The notes under the pieces are model-generated. The model worked only from the letters and a program-made list of their open reading frames with translations, made no database searches and was not told where the DNA came from. Shown here in pieces: positions 1 to 11,039 of a DNA stretch of 64,000 bases; positions within the stretch are counted from its first letter, which is position 1, and each line of letters starts with the position of its first letter. Origin of the DNA: Oligoflexales bacterium (lineage in GTDB: Bacteria; Bdellovibrionota_B; Oligoflexia; Oligoflexales; CAIYRB01); the NCBI GenBank assembly GCA_041736175.1, contig JBGSUI010000075.1, positions 8,536 to 72,535 of the forward strand, in the 5' to 3' direction. The translations under genes and the position numbers were made by a program.

Positions 1-453
1 AGAAGGGAGTCTCGACATAGATTTCTCCAAAAGACATTAGAACCTGTCTTTTCCTGGATTGCTCCCCGTTTAAAGGAGACTGCCCTCGAGCCTCAAGGGG
101 CGATCGTGCCCCCTCGAAGTGAGGAACCATCGCCGAAAATTGCAGCAAAAACTATCCCACCTACTCCTGTACAATTCAAAACTACACCTACTGAAGACCT
201 AACCAGTATAGAGACCAAGCTCCTTGACTGGCTTGCTACAAACCTCAACATCGACCGCTCTGATCTCGCTCCTGACAAAACCATGGTAAGCTTAGGTCTC
301 GACTCGGTAGTGGCGGTAGAACTCCGCGTTTATGTTGAAAACTGGCTCAATTTGTCCGTGCCCGAAAGTGGTCCGTGGGACTATCCCACGGTACGTCAAT
401 TTGCGACCTTTTTAGCAGACTCATTGAATCAAAAGAGCATCAAAGCCAGTTAA
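1..453 (+). CDS. 3' end of a fatty acyl-AMP ligase (FAAL)-like protein fused to an acyl carrier domain (5'-truncated by the window)
   Basis: Frame is open from base 1 (RRESRHRFLQKTLEPVFSW, like the FAAL C-terminal ...RRACRxxFLxGxL tail), then a Pro/Thr linker, then an ACP with the LGLDSVVAVEL phosphopantetheine motif and WDYPTV. Confidence 0.7.
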   Translation, partial: RRESRHRFLQKTLEPVFSWIAPRLKETALEPQGAIVPPRSEEPSPKIAAKTIPPTPVQFKTTPTEDLTSIETKLLDWLATNLNIDRSDLAPDKTMVSLGLDSVVAVELRVYVENWLNLSVPESGPWDYPTVRQFATFLADSLNQKSIKAS

Positions 454-3400
454 GCATGAACGTCTTTACGCCTCAATTGCCTGATTTTGTTGATCGCTTT
501 TGTCCTTATCTGTTCGACCGCACTAAAGAGACAAGGGACCACGACTAAGGTTAGAAAGGTCGACATCAAGAGACCACCTATCACGGCGACACCCATCGGC
601 GACCGGGCCTCACCGCCGACCCCATGACCGATGGCGATGGGAATCATGCCCCCACCAGCCGCTAGAGTCGTCATAAGGATCGGCCTTAGCCTGATAGGCC
701 CTGCCTCCATAAGGGCGGCATCTGGACTAAGACCTTCCTGCATTTTAGACATTGTAAAGTCGATAAGGAGAATGCCGTTTTTTGTCACGATACCCATCAA
801 CAAAATAATACCGATCATCGTGTAGATGGACATCACTTGACCGCTAATAAGGAGAGCCCCAAAAGCTCCGGTAAAGCTTAAAGGTAAAGCGGCCATAATC
901 ACCAGAGGTGCCAGGTAACGCTCATACTGAGCACATAAGATCATATAGACCAAGAGGATCGCCAAGGCCAAAGCCTTGAGCATTGATGCAAAAGAATCGC
1001 GCATGATTTCGGCTTGTCCCGCTAGGGACATGGAGATGGTCCCCGGAATATTTTGGTCAACATAACCCTGAATCTTTGCCATCGCGGCGCTTAGGTCTTT
1101 GTTTTTATAGTTGGCAAAAACAGTGATCTGTCGCTGGCCGTCCACCCTTTCGATCACGGAGGGCGCATCGGCCGCCACGACCGAGGCGATTGAGCCTAGG
1201 GTGATCTGTTGTCCTTTTGGACTCACTAAGGTGACTGCTTCCAGATCTTGGGCTGTTAAACGATCGCTATCTGCGATGCGCATTCTCACGTCATAGGTTG
1301 AGCCTCGATCCTCTATCTCCGAGATCTTATTACCCTCATAAAGAGCCCTTACAGTACTGCCGATTTGCGCTGCCGTAAAGCCTAGGTCAGCGGCCCGTAC
1401 CGTATCGACTTCGATCCGGTATTCCCTTTGGAATTTTGGTCGGGACGTGCTGACTTCTGCTGCTCCCGAGATCTGGTCTTTGATAAACTGAGAGACTTGG
1501 TCTGAAAATTGGACCAATTTTTCCCAATCATCCGATTTAAAGACCAACTGGATAGCTTCAGACCGACCTCCCCCTGCACCATCGGCTTCCTGAATACTCA
1601 CTTCAGAGCCATCTTTAGTAAACTTAGGAAACAGCTCAGCTCGAAACCGGTCCGCCAATTGAAACTGTGAATAATCTCTTTTTGATTTATCCACCAAAAT
1701 GATATCGAAACGTATCTTATTGGGTTTTCTCTCTCGGGTGGCCGCTATTGCTGTTACGACTTTTTCGACACCTGCATACTCCCGGATGGCTGCCGAAAAT
1801 TCTTGTGATTTCAACTTGGCCACCGGCAGCGATGATCCCTCGGGGAGGGTATAGGTGATGGCAAACTGGGAACGGTCTTCTTTGGGAAAAAACGCCTTTG
1901 GCACCAATTGGAGCAGCAGCACGCTGACCACTAGGGAAACCACACCCCCAATCAGAGTCACAGCTCTATGGGAAAGACACCAACTCAACGTCTTTTTATA
2001 ACTGGTTTCGATGGCGACAAGGCCCCGTTCAATTTTATCAGATAACCTTCCAAGCCAGGATGTGGGATGCTCCTGGTGGGTTTCTCCCTGGGGATGGGCT
2101 TTGAGGAGTCGGGACGCCATCATGGGTGTCAAAGTAAACGCCACAAAAAGTGAGATCAGTACGGCAAAGGCCACGGTAAGTCCAAACTCATAGAAAAACC
2201 TGCCAATAATCCCTTCCATAAAAGCCACTGGCACAAACACTGCGCAAATCGTCAGGGTCGTCGCAAAAACCGCTAGTCCAATCTCTGCCGTTGCATCTTT
2301 AGCTGCCTGGACGCCGGTTTTATTCATAGCGAGATGGCGGTGGATGTTTTCGATGACGATGATGGCGTCATCAATCAAAATTCCGATAGACAGTGATAAC
2401 CCAAGAGTTGACATGACGTTGAGGGTAAATCCCATACCATCCATAAAGGCAAAGGTGGCGATCACCGAAGTGGGTAAGGCCACAGCACTGATCAGCGTGA
2501 TTTTCAAGTCTCTTAGAAACACCAATACGATAAGGGTGGCAAGGACTGCTCCTAATACCAGATCCAATTTCACAGCATCGATCGCTCCTTTGATATACTT
2601 GGAGTTATCGGTCACAATCTCCAGCCTAATATCAGCTGGCAAACTCGACTGCAACTTGGTCACAACTTTGCGCGCTTCATCGGCCACGGATGTGGTGTTA
2701 GCACCCGCTTGTTTTTGGAGACTTAAGAGGATCGTTGGACTGCTGCCATCAAAGGAAGCCGTCAATTCTTCTGCAATTTTATCCTGCACCTCAGCCACAT
2801 CGCTGATTTTAAGATTGGGATTGTTGGGTGCAAGAACTGGCAATCGCCCAATCTCTTCTCCAGAGACGAGTCTGCCCTTGACCCTAAGACTGCTAAAGGT
2901 CTTGTCATCCTGGATTTTCCCTGCCGGGAGATCAAGGTTTTGCAACCTGATGGACTGGGCGACATCTTGTGGGGTCAGCCCAAAGCTTGCCAGGCGCTCT
3001 CGATTGACGTAGACCTGAACCTCTCTCTCCCTAATTCCAGCAGCGTTTACGGTTGCGACTCCTTTGACCCGTTCGAGGGCAGGCTGGATCGTGTCGGTGA
3101 CCATCCGAGAGAGGTCACCATAGCTGACCTTATCACTTGATACCGTGAGGTTGATAATCGGCGCCCCACCGATATCAAGCTTTTGGACCAGAGGGGTTTC
3201 GGCCTCTGGTGGCAACAGGGAGACAGCTGCAAAGACCTTATCTCGCACTTCCTGGGCAGCCTGATCACCATCTTTTTCCAAGTCAAACTGCAGGACCATC
3301 TGGGCCACTGACTGGACCGCATTTGATGACAGACGTTTAAGCCCGCCGACTCCGTTAACGGATCGCTCGAGGGGGTCCAGGATCCTTTGCTCCACCGAAG

Positions 3401-3569
3401 CTGGATCCGCTCCTGGATAAATAACAGTCACCGTGATCACTGGAAAGTCTACTTTGGGAAACTGATCGATGGCGATACGAGGTAAAGAAAAGAGGCCAAA
3501 GACGATAAGTATAAGATTTAAAATCGTCGCAAAGACTGGTCTTTTAATGGAAACATCAGATAATATCAT
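450..3569 (-). CDS. RND efflux permease, AcrB/AcrD/AcrF family
   Basis: 1039 aa; SIKRPVFA start, GILIDDAIIVIENI (TM4), KNGILLIDF, RLRPILMTT. Confidence 0.95.
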   Translation of the reverse strand: MILSDVSIKRPVFATILNLILIVFGLFSLPRIAIDQFPKVDFPVITVTVIYPGADPASVEQRILDPLERSVNGVGGLKRLSSNAVQSVAQMVLQFDLEKDGDQAAQEVRDKVFAAVSLLPPEAETPLVQKLDIGGAPIINLTVSSDKVSYGDLSRMVTDTIQPALERVKGVATVNAAGIREREVQVYVNRERLASFGLTPQDVAQSIRLQNLDLPAGKIQDDKTFSSLRVKGRLVSGEEIGRLPVLAPNNPNLKISDVAEVQDKIAEELTASFDGSSPTILLSLQKQAGANTTSVADEARKVVTKLQSSLPADIRLEIVTDNSKYIKGAIDAVKLDLVLGAVLATLIVLVFLRDLKITLISAVALPTSVIATFAFMDGMGFTLNVMSTLGLSLSIGILIDDAIIVIENIHRHLAMNKTGVQAAKDATAEIGLAVFATTLTICAVFVPVAFMEGIIGRFFYEFGLTVAFAVLISLFVAFTLTPMMASRLLKAHPQGETHQEHPTSWLGRLSDKIERGLVAIETSYKKTLSWCLSHRAVTLIGGVVSLVVSVLLLQLVPKAFFPKEDRSQFAITYTLPEGSSLPVAKLKSQEFSAAIREYAGVEKVVTAIAATRERKPNKIRFDIILVDKSKRDYSQFQLADRFRAELFPKFTKDGSEVSIQEADGAGGGRSEAIQLVFKSDDWEKLVQFSDQVSQFIKDQISGAAEVSTSRPKFQREYRIEVDTVRAADLGFTAAQIGSTVRALYEGNKISEIEDRGSTYDVRMRIADSDRLTAQDLEAVTLVSPKGQQITLGSIASVVAADAPSVIERVDGQRQITVFANYKNKDLSAAMAKIQGYVDQNIPGTISMSLAGQAEIMRDSFASMLKALALAILLVYMILCAQYERYLAPLVIMAALPLSFTGAFGALLISGQVMSIYTMIGIILLMGIVTKNGILLIDFTMSKMQEGLSPDAALMEAGPIRLRPILMTTLAAGGGMIPIAIGHGVGGEARSPMGVAVIGGLLMSTFLTLVVVPCLFSAVEQIRTKAINKIRQLRRKDVHA

Positions 3570-3586
3570 GATACTTCACTTCCTTA

Positions 3587-4408
3587 TTATTTCGAACGCA
3601 CGAGTTTTTTGATTGTTCCTTCAGCATAGAGACCCGGTACAAGATTTGAATCGCTTTTTTTGAAATGGGCAGTCAGGCTAAAGGTCCTGGTCTTTTCGTT
3701 GACGATTGAGACTATGCGAACGATTTGAGCCGCCCCGACATATCCCGCAGATGGTACCTTGACCGAAATTTCCTCGCCGATTTTTAGCTGCCCTAAAAGC
3801 CTTTCCGGAGCTCTAAGGGTGATCTCAGGATTGACCACATCAAAAACCTCGAAAGCACCTGTGCCCGACTGGACGGTTTCGCCCTCAAATTTAAGCTGTG
3901 TTGCCACCACACAGTCATAGGGAGCTGTTAGTTTAGAGTCTTTAAAGGAATTTTCCGCTGCTTTAAGATCTAAATCAGCCAACTGTAGTGCAACCTTTGC
4001 CTGCTCCTGGGCGGATTTGATGCGATCATAGCTGGACTCTGTCGAAGCATTTTCTTGTTTAAGGGCAATCTCCCGCTGCAGTTCTTTGTCGGCACTATCC
4101 AATGCAATCTTCGCCTGGACCCTTCGGGTCCTAGCAAGATCTAGCTTAAGTTTAAAATCCCTCTGATCCAGAGTCGCCAACACAACTCCTTTTTTGATGG
4201 CATCGCCGGGTTTTGCGTTTATCGACTCGATAAATCCACCTACTTTAAAGGCTAGCTGAGATTTACGGGTTGCGGCGACCTCACCCACGAGACGGTATTC
4301 GGTCTCTGTATCTGCAACCATTGAGGGCGGGTTCCCGTCCGCTGCTAAAGACACCGTAGAAAAGTGAGTTGCTAACAAGACTATCAGCGAGGGTTGAAAG
4401 AACTTCAT
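3587..4408 (-). CDS. RND periplasmic adaptor (membrane fusion protein)
   Basis: Signal peptide, lipoyl-like halves (VGGFIESINAKPGD; LTAPYDCVV) around a helical hairpin, TRTF and LVPGLY motifs; lies between the TolC and RND genes. Confidence 0.92.
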   Translation of the reverse strand: MKFFQPSLIVLLATHFSTVSLAADGNPPSMVADTETEYRLVGEVAATRKSQLAFKVGGFIESINAKPGDAIKKGVVLATLDQRDFKLKLDLARTRRVQAKIALDSADKELQREIALKQENASTESSYDRIKSAQEQAKVALQLADLDLKAAENSFKDSKLTAPYDCVVATQLKFEGETVQSGTGAFEVFDVVNPEITLRAPERLLGQLKIGEEISVKVPSAGYVGAAQIVRIVSIVNEKTRTFSLTAHFKKSDSNLVPGLYAEGTIKKLVRSK

Positions 4409-4439
4409 AATACGCTCCTATATTTAAATTCCTGATAAA

Positions 4440-5792
4440 TTAGTTTATTTTTGGCTGATCCTGACCCATGGATTTTTGCAATTTAAAGTAACCATTGATC
4501 AGATCTACCTGAGCAGTGATCCACCGCCCCCTGGCTTGGGCCTGTGAGTTTTCTGCGAGGATGAGATCCGTAGCAGACCTGGATCCGGTTTTAAATCGTA
4601 CCGATTCAATTCGATAGGCTTCCTCAGCCTGCTTTACAGCGATGGCCGCTTGGCCTAAGGCCACTTTATTTGATTGATAGCTGTTTAAAGTATTATGAAC
4701 TTCTATCAAAGCCCTTCGATCCATTGCTTTTGCAGCCTCTTCGGCTTTGACGATTTGGTCGGCTGCCTCCCTCAAGGCATACACATGGGAACCGTTATTC
4801 CAGACATCCCAAGTCAAGTTAACACCATAAGACCTGACGATGGTGTCCGGAAATGCCGCATAGGTATCGCCAAAATTTCTTTCTGCCTTTACAAAGAGGT
4901 TGACCTGTGGAGAAAACTGCGAATAAGCTAGGCTTTTGCCGAATCCTGCCAGTTCGACTCCCTGTCGGCTTATTTTAGTGTCAAGACGCCTCTCGGTAGC
5001 CGATTTTATTGCATCCTGAAGTGAAATCTGCTTGTCAAATAATTCTGGGAGTTCTCCAGCCAAACTAATTTGGGTTTCTGGTTCAAAATCTAGAATCTCC
5101 TTAAATTGGGCTATGGCCGATGCTAGCGCGTTTCCCGTTTGGATTTCCCGCAGCCTGGCTTCTGAGACCGCTAACTCAAGTTTTAAAACATCTCCCCGGT
5201 TAAGACGCCCTACCCGCTCCAGGGACTGGGCGTCCCTAAGCTGTAGTTCCACGGCTTTTACGGAGCTTTTAGCTATTTGGTGATGTTTTTCAAGCTGGTA
5301 TGTTTGGAGCCATAGTTCCGCTGCGACAAAGGCTCCTTCGCTTTTGGCCAGTATGTAAGTATCTCGCTTGATATCGAGCTGGGTCTCTTCGAACAAGGCT
5401 TTTTTGGCCAATGCTCCCAATCCGGTGACAGGTTGGAAAATCGTCATGGACCCCATTTTTATGACTTCAGGCCGGGTGACTTGTTTCCCGGTGGCTGTTG
5501 GTATAGCCATTTCTCTTTCGTACTGTGCAAGGTTGTAATCAAGTTTAACCCTAGGACCCAAGTCTGTCCAAGACCCCGTGGTTTTTTCTTCCTGAGCATT
5601 GCGGTCTGCTCTTGCCATCTTAGCTTTGGCATAGGTTTCCTGAGCTCGGCTGATGGCTTGTGCCAGGGTGATCCCTGGGCCAGAGCTCCCTGTTGCCACC
5701 TGTGCTTTAACTTGGATACCAGGTCCTAGCAGGCCTAAGGCCCCTAGTAAAATCATGGTTCCCGATTTTAAATTTTGTCGCCATTGAGTCAT
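4440..5792 (-). CDS. TolC-family outer membrane efflux protein
   Basis: 450 aa, signal peptide, duplicated OEP repeats (ERVGRLNRGDVL; RFKTGSRSATDL), operon context. Confidence 0.9.
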   Translation of the reverse strand: MTQWRQNLKSGTMILLGALGLLGPGIQVKAQVATGSSGPGITLAQAISRAQETYAKAKMARADRNAQEEKTTGSWTDLGPRVKLDYNLAQYEREMAIPTATGKQVTRPEVIKMGSMTIFQPVTGLGALAKKALFEETQLDIKRDTYILAKSEGAFVAAELWLQTYQLEKHHQIAKSSVKAVELQLRDAQSLERVGRLNRGDVLKLELAVSEARLREIQTGNALASAIAQFKEILDFEPETQISLAGELPELFDKQISLQDAIKSATERRLDTKISRQGVELAGFGKSLAYSQFSPQVNLFVKAERNFGDTYAAFPDTIVRSYGVNLTWDVWNNGSHVYALREAADQIVKAEEAAKAMDRRALIEVHNTLNSYQSNKVALGQAAIAVKQAEEAYRIESVRFKTGSRSATDLILAENSQAQARGRWITAQVDLINGYFKLQKSMGQDQPKIN

Positions 5793-6589
5793 AACCCCCC
5801 CTTTTTCTTTCCACCAAGACTCCCGCTCGAGACCTCATGACTCTCGGGGTTTCCTTGGTCAATGAATCTGTTAATCTGGATGTCTAGGTTATCTTTGTTG
5901 TAAAATTTTTTGATTGCAGTTTCCTTAAAACCGACCCCCCGCAAGATGAAAAGCATCGTCTTGTCCAAGAGGTCTTCTGGTTTTTCTGGGTAATCAGCAG
6001 GATGTTTTTCGCCGATCTGATTGAGATAGACCATGGTGACAAGGTGGATTGCAAACCAAAACCGAAGCCTTGCCTCCGCCAAATCCCCGTTTATCTGTGA
6101 GCTGGGCACAAGGTCTCCAGATTTTTCGGCGACCACCAGGGATTCGCTAATCAGTTGGGATATTCCCTTTAATCTCCGCTCATAAAGCAAGTTGGCAAAG
6201 ATACGATCTCCAATCAAACTCTGCACCATCAGTCGTGGAAAGAGGGGATCAAACTGGCTTTCATGGGATTTTTTGATCGATAGGCTTGTAAAAAGATAGA
6301 GGTAGCAGACAAGTGATTCTGTCGAAGGTCTTGCAGCGGCAATCGCCGCGTCAAGAGCCGGTATCTTTTTACACAGGCGGTCTTGGACCGCACCAAAAAG
6401 GTCTTCCTTACTTGCAAAATGTTGGTATAGCAGAGCTTCTGATATTGCAGCCGCACGGGCAAGGTCGCGGGTGGTCACCTGATCCAAACTTTTTTGTAGA
6501 AAAAGAGGCATCACTGCGTTGAGGATTGCCTCTCGCCGGGCTTCCTGGGAAAGCCTGATTTTTGGTGGCTTATTATTTTTCTCACCCAT
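5789..6589 (-). CDS. TetR/AcrR family transcriptional regulator
   Basis: HTH VTTRDLARAAAISEALLYQHFASKEDLF; start placed at MGEKNN (6589), ORF track begins at 6652. Confidence 0.92.
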   Translation of the reverse strand: MGEKNNKPPKIRLSQEARREAILNAVMPLFLQKSLDQVTTRDLARAAAISEALLYQHFASKEDLFGAVQDRLCKKIPALDAAIAAARPSTESLVCYLYLFTSLSIKKSHESQFDPLFPRLMVQSLIGDRIFANLLYERRLKGISQLISESLVVAEKSGDLVPSSQINGDLAEARLRFWFAIHLVTMVYLNQIGEKHPADYPEKPEDLLDKTMLFILRGVGFKETAIKKFYNKDNLDIQINRFIDQGNPESHEVSSGSLGGKKKGGL

Positions 6590-6664
6590 ACCAACAACCT
6601 TAACCCCTTGATTGTCATTATAATAATGACTTTTTTGTGGTATGAAATGCAAACCTACTTTTTA

Positions 6665-6719
6665 GTAAGTAAGCATTCACTTACCTTTCAAGATTAAGGT
6701 CAAAATGAGTTTGTGTCAA
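6665..6719 (-). promoter_or_regulatory. Sigma70 promoter plus probable TetR operator for the efflux operon
   Basis: Minus strand TTGACA(6719-6714)-N17-TAATCT(6696-6691); inverted repeat GTAAGT-N8-ACTTAC at 6665-6684, at the expected transcription start. Confidence 0.7.
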
Positions 6720-6787
6720 GACAACAATTTTGACGGATCTGGTGATTTCACGTATGTATAGGAGCCGCTTTTTTTTAAAGGAGTCTT

Positions 6788-8858
<2,071 letters not shown>

Positions 8859-8876
8859 GACTCACTCAACGGCTGC

Positions 8877-10391
8877 CTACGGTGTGCTCCTTCGCCTCAC
8901 CCAGCCGTCCCGAACAATCGCTAGCATCGCCCCAAAAAAGAGGCCCATCATCAAACCAACGAGCACCACGACTTCGGCGCGGGTACCAACAACTCTTTCA
9001 AATTGTGGTGGCGCTACTTTAATCAGTTCGACTTTTTGAATAGCCTGCTTCATTTTTTCGATATTCAAAAGATCCGCCTGAATCAGAGGTATTTCTTTGA
9101 TGTTTTGTTCCACAAGATTTTTGTTAGCAAACTGATTTTTAAGAGCCTTAAGCTCTGGGTCTTTATCAATATACTCCAACTGGGCTTTAAGTGCAGGTAG
9201 CCCGTCTATAAATGCCGAGCTAGCAGCCCGCGACTTCAAAACCTCAAACTTGGCGTTTTTACTGATAAGGGTCAAGCCATTTTCCAGGTCTCTGATTTCT
9301 GGGACAAACAGAGCAGGATTTTGCAGTTTTTTAAGCTGCTCTAGTTCCAGCGCCAGAGCCTTTTTTCCACGCAGGTAAAGTGGTTGATTCACCAGTTTTT
9401 CAGTGAGCCCTTGTTGATCAACATTTTCAGTATTTTGACTCTTTAGATAGGGAGCTTTGGCGATACTTGTGTTTTCTTGAATATCGAGTTTTTCAGCCAT
9501 GGCGATCGCGTCTTGGTAGAGTAGCACAAGCTCCTGCTGTTTGGATGCGGCGACATTTCGCAAGGCTTTTAACTTTTGCTCGATCTCAATTCGTTCTATC
9601 GCTCGCTCTTCACTCAATTTTAATAAACTCTGTTGGAGGGATAAATTCGCTTCCATTTCAAGAGATTTGATTTTGTGTTGGATTTCAGCTTTAGTGGACT
9701 CTATTTCCTGCTCTTTTGCTTTAATCCGATTTTCAAGCCCCTCGACCGATTGAACCTTAAGCCTAGCAATGGCTTCGAGATCGAATTCTCTACGATCGGA
9801 GAGCTTTTGGGCCACTTCAAGTCCTAAAGCCGCCTTTGACTGGGACAATAACTCGGTAAACCGTTGCGTCATGACTTCAGGATTTTTGCCCTTAATGTCA
9901 TACAAAGAAGACTGTACCTTAGTCGGTTCCCCAAGGGTCTGGAGATCCACAAGGATCTGGCCACTGGATTTAAATTCGGGGGTTCCAGCCTTTTTACGGA
10001 GGACATCCAGTATAAAAGCGTTATTGATAACTGCCAGCTCGGGGATAAGAACACCATCAGATTCACCCACGCCGATTCTAGGCAAGGTATAATGTCGCTG
10101 GATCCCCTCACTAGGGAGTTCGATGGGTACCTGGGCAGTGTAGGTGACGGGTCGCATGAAAGCCACTCCCACTCCTATGGCCGTCGCCAGTGCTGTTGTG
10201 ACCACAACCCAAGGCCATTGCCGCTTAAGGGCAAAAAGGATGTCATAAAGGTCGATTTCATCCGAATCGCACCGCCCCATTTCCTGCCCATAGGGGGTTC
10301 GAGGGGCTCGGGACCCTACAAGAGTCTGGGGGTTAGCCACGACAGGCACCTGATCGGAGTGGTCATTCATAGATTCAGCCTTTGGCTTCAT
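8877..10391 (-). CDS. Wzz/FepE-like polysaccharide chain-length determinant with a long coiled coil
   Basis: DEIDLYDILFALKRQW plus TM1, LYLRGKKAL motif, C-terminal TM (LVGLMMGLFFGAMLAIVR); SD GGAGG before ATG 10391. Confidence 0.8.
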   Translation of the reverse strand: MKPKAESMNDHSDQVPVVANPQTLVGSRAPRTPYGQEMGRCDSDEIDLYDILFALKRQWPWVVVTTALATAIGVGVAFMRPVTYTAQVPIELPSEGIQRHYTLPRIGVGESDGVLIPELAVINNAFILDVLRKKAGTPEFKSSGQILVDLQTLGEPTKVQSSLYDIKGKNPEVMTQRFTELLSQSKAALGLEVAQKLSDRREFDLEAIARLKVQSVEGLENRIKAKEQEIESTKAEIQHKIKSLEMEANLSLQQSLLKLSEERAIERIEIEQKLKALRNVAASKQQELVLLYQDAIAMAEKLDIQENTSIAKAPYLKSQNTENVDQQGLTEKLVNQPLYLRGKKALALELEQLKKLQNPALFVPEIRDLENGLTLISKNAKFEVLKSRAASSAFIDGLPALKAQLEYIDKDPELKALKNQFANKNLVEQNIKEIPLIQADLLNIEKMKQAIQKVELIKVAPPQFERVVGTRAEVVVLVGLMMGLFFGAMLAIVRDGWVRRRSTP

Positions 10392-10431
10392 GGGGTTTAG
10401 GCCTCCATCGTAAATGGGGTCCCCCATAGAA

Positions 10432-11013
10432 TCAAGAACCAAATGTAGAAGCCGCTCCTGTTGGGTCTGTTAAGAAATCTGAGCTTTCAAAAGTCCGCAA
10501 CATGGAGATTTGACGTTTGAGGTCCTTTATTTCTTGAATGACTTGCAGTTGATTTGGATTCGCCTCGCCTTTAATTTCCAGCGCATAAAGGAGATCGTTG
10601 ATCTTATGGTATCTCGCGCCAATCGCTACGAGTTTATGGAGCATCCCAGAAAACTCAATTGGGCTGAAAGGTTTCATAAGCACGTCGACAGCCCCTAGTC
10701 GGGTCGATAGAATCAGATTATCCGGTGTTAAATAACCAGAAACAAATGCAACAGGGATAAAAACGCCATTTTTATGCAGTCTTTTTAGGAATTCAAGACC
10801 ATTCATCTTATTCATGACGATATCGGAGACCACAGCTGTAAAACGAAGTTCGCGGGCCTTTTTAATGGCCTCATCACCATCGTAACAACTCAAGGTGTCA
10901 TAGCCTAGGTGGTCGGCGTAGGCCGACATAATCTCACATATATCCTGATCATCATCGACGATTAAAATCCTATGGTCTTGGGGATTTGGATCTATGAGTG
11001 CAGGCCGAGTCAT
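10432..11013 (-). CDS. Response regulator (REC plus short helical C-terminal extension)
   Basis: ILIVDDD, VVSDIVM, FVSG, LMKP conserved; SD AGGAG before ATG 11013. Confidence 0.85.
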   Translation of the reverse strand: MTRPALIDPNPQDHRILIVDDDQDICEIMSAYADHLGYDTLSCYDGDEAIKKARELRFTAVVSDIVMNKMNGLEFLKRLHKNGVFIPVAFVSGYLTPDNLILSTRLGAVDVLMKPFSPIEFSGMLHKLVAIGARYHKINDLLYALEIKGEANPNQLQVIQEIKDLKRQISMLRTFESSDFLTDPTGAASTFGS

Positions 11014-11039
11014 AGGGTCTTCTCCTGATTGCAGGTCAT

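Noticed and set aside
2344..3012. 222-aa plus-strand ORF
   Set aside because: Antisense shadow of the RND permease, with no motifs.
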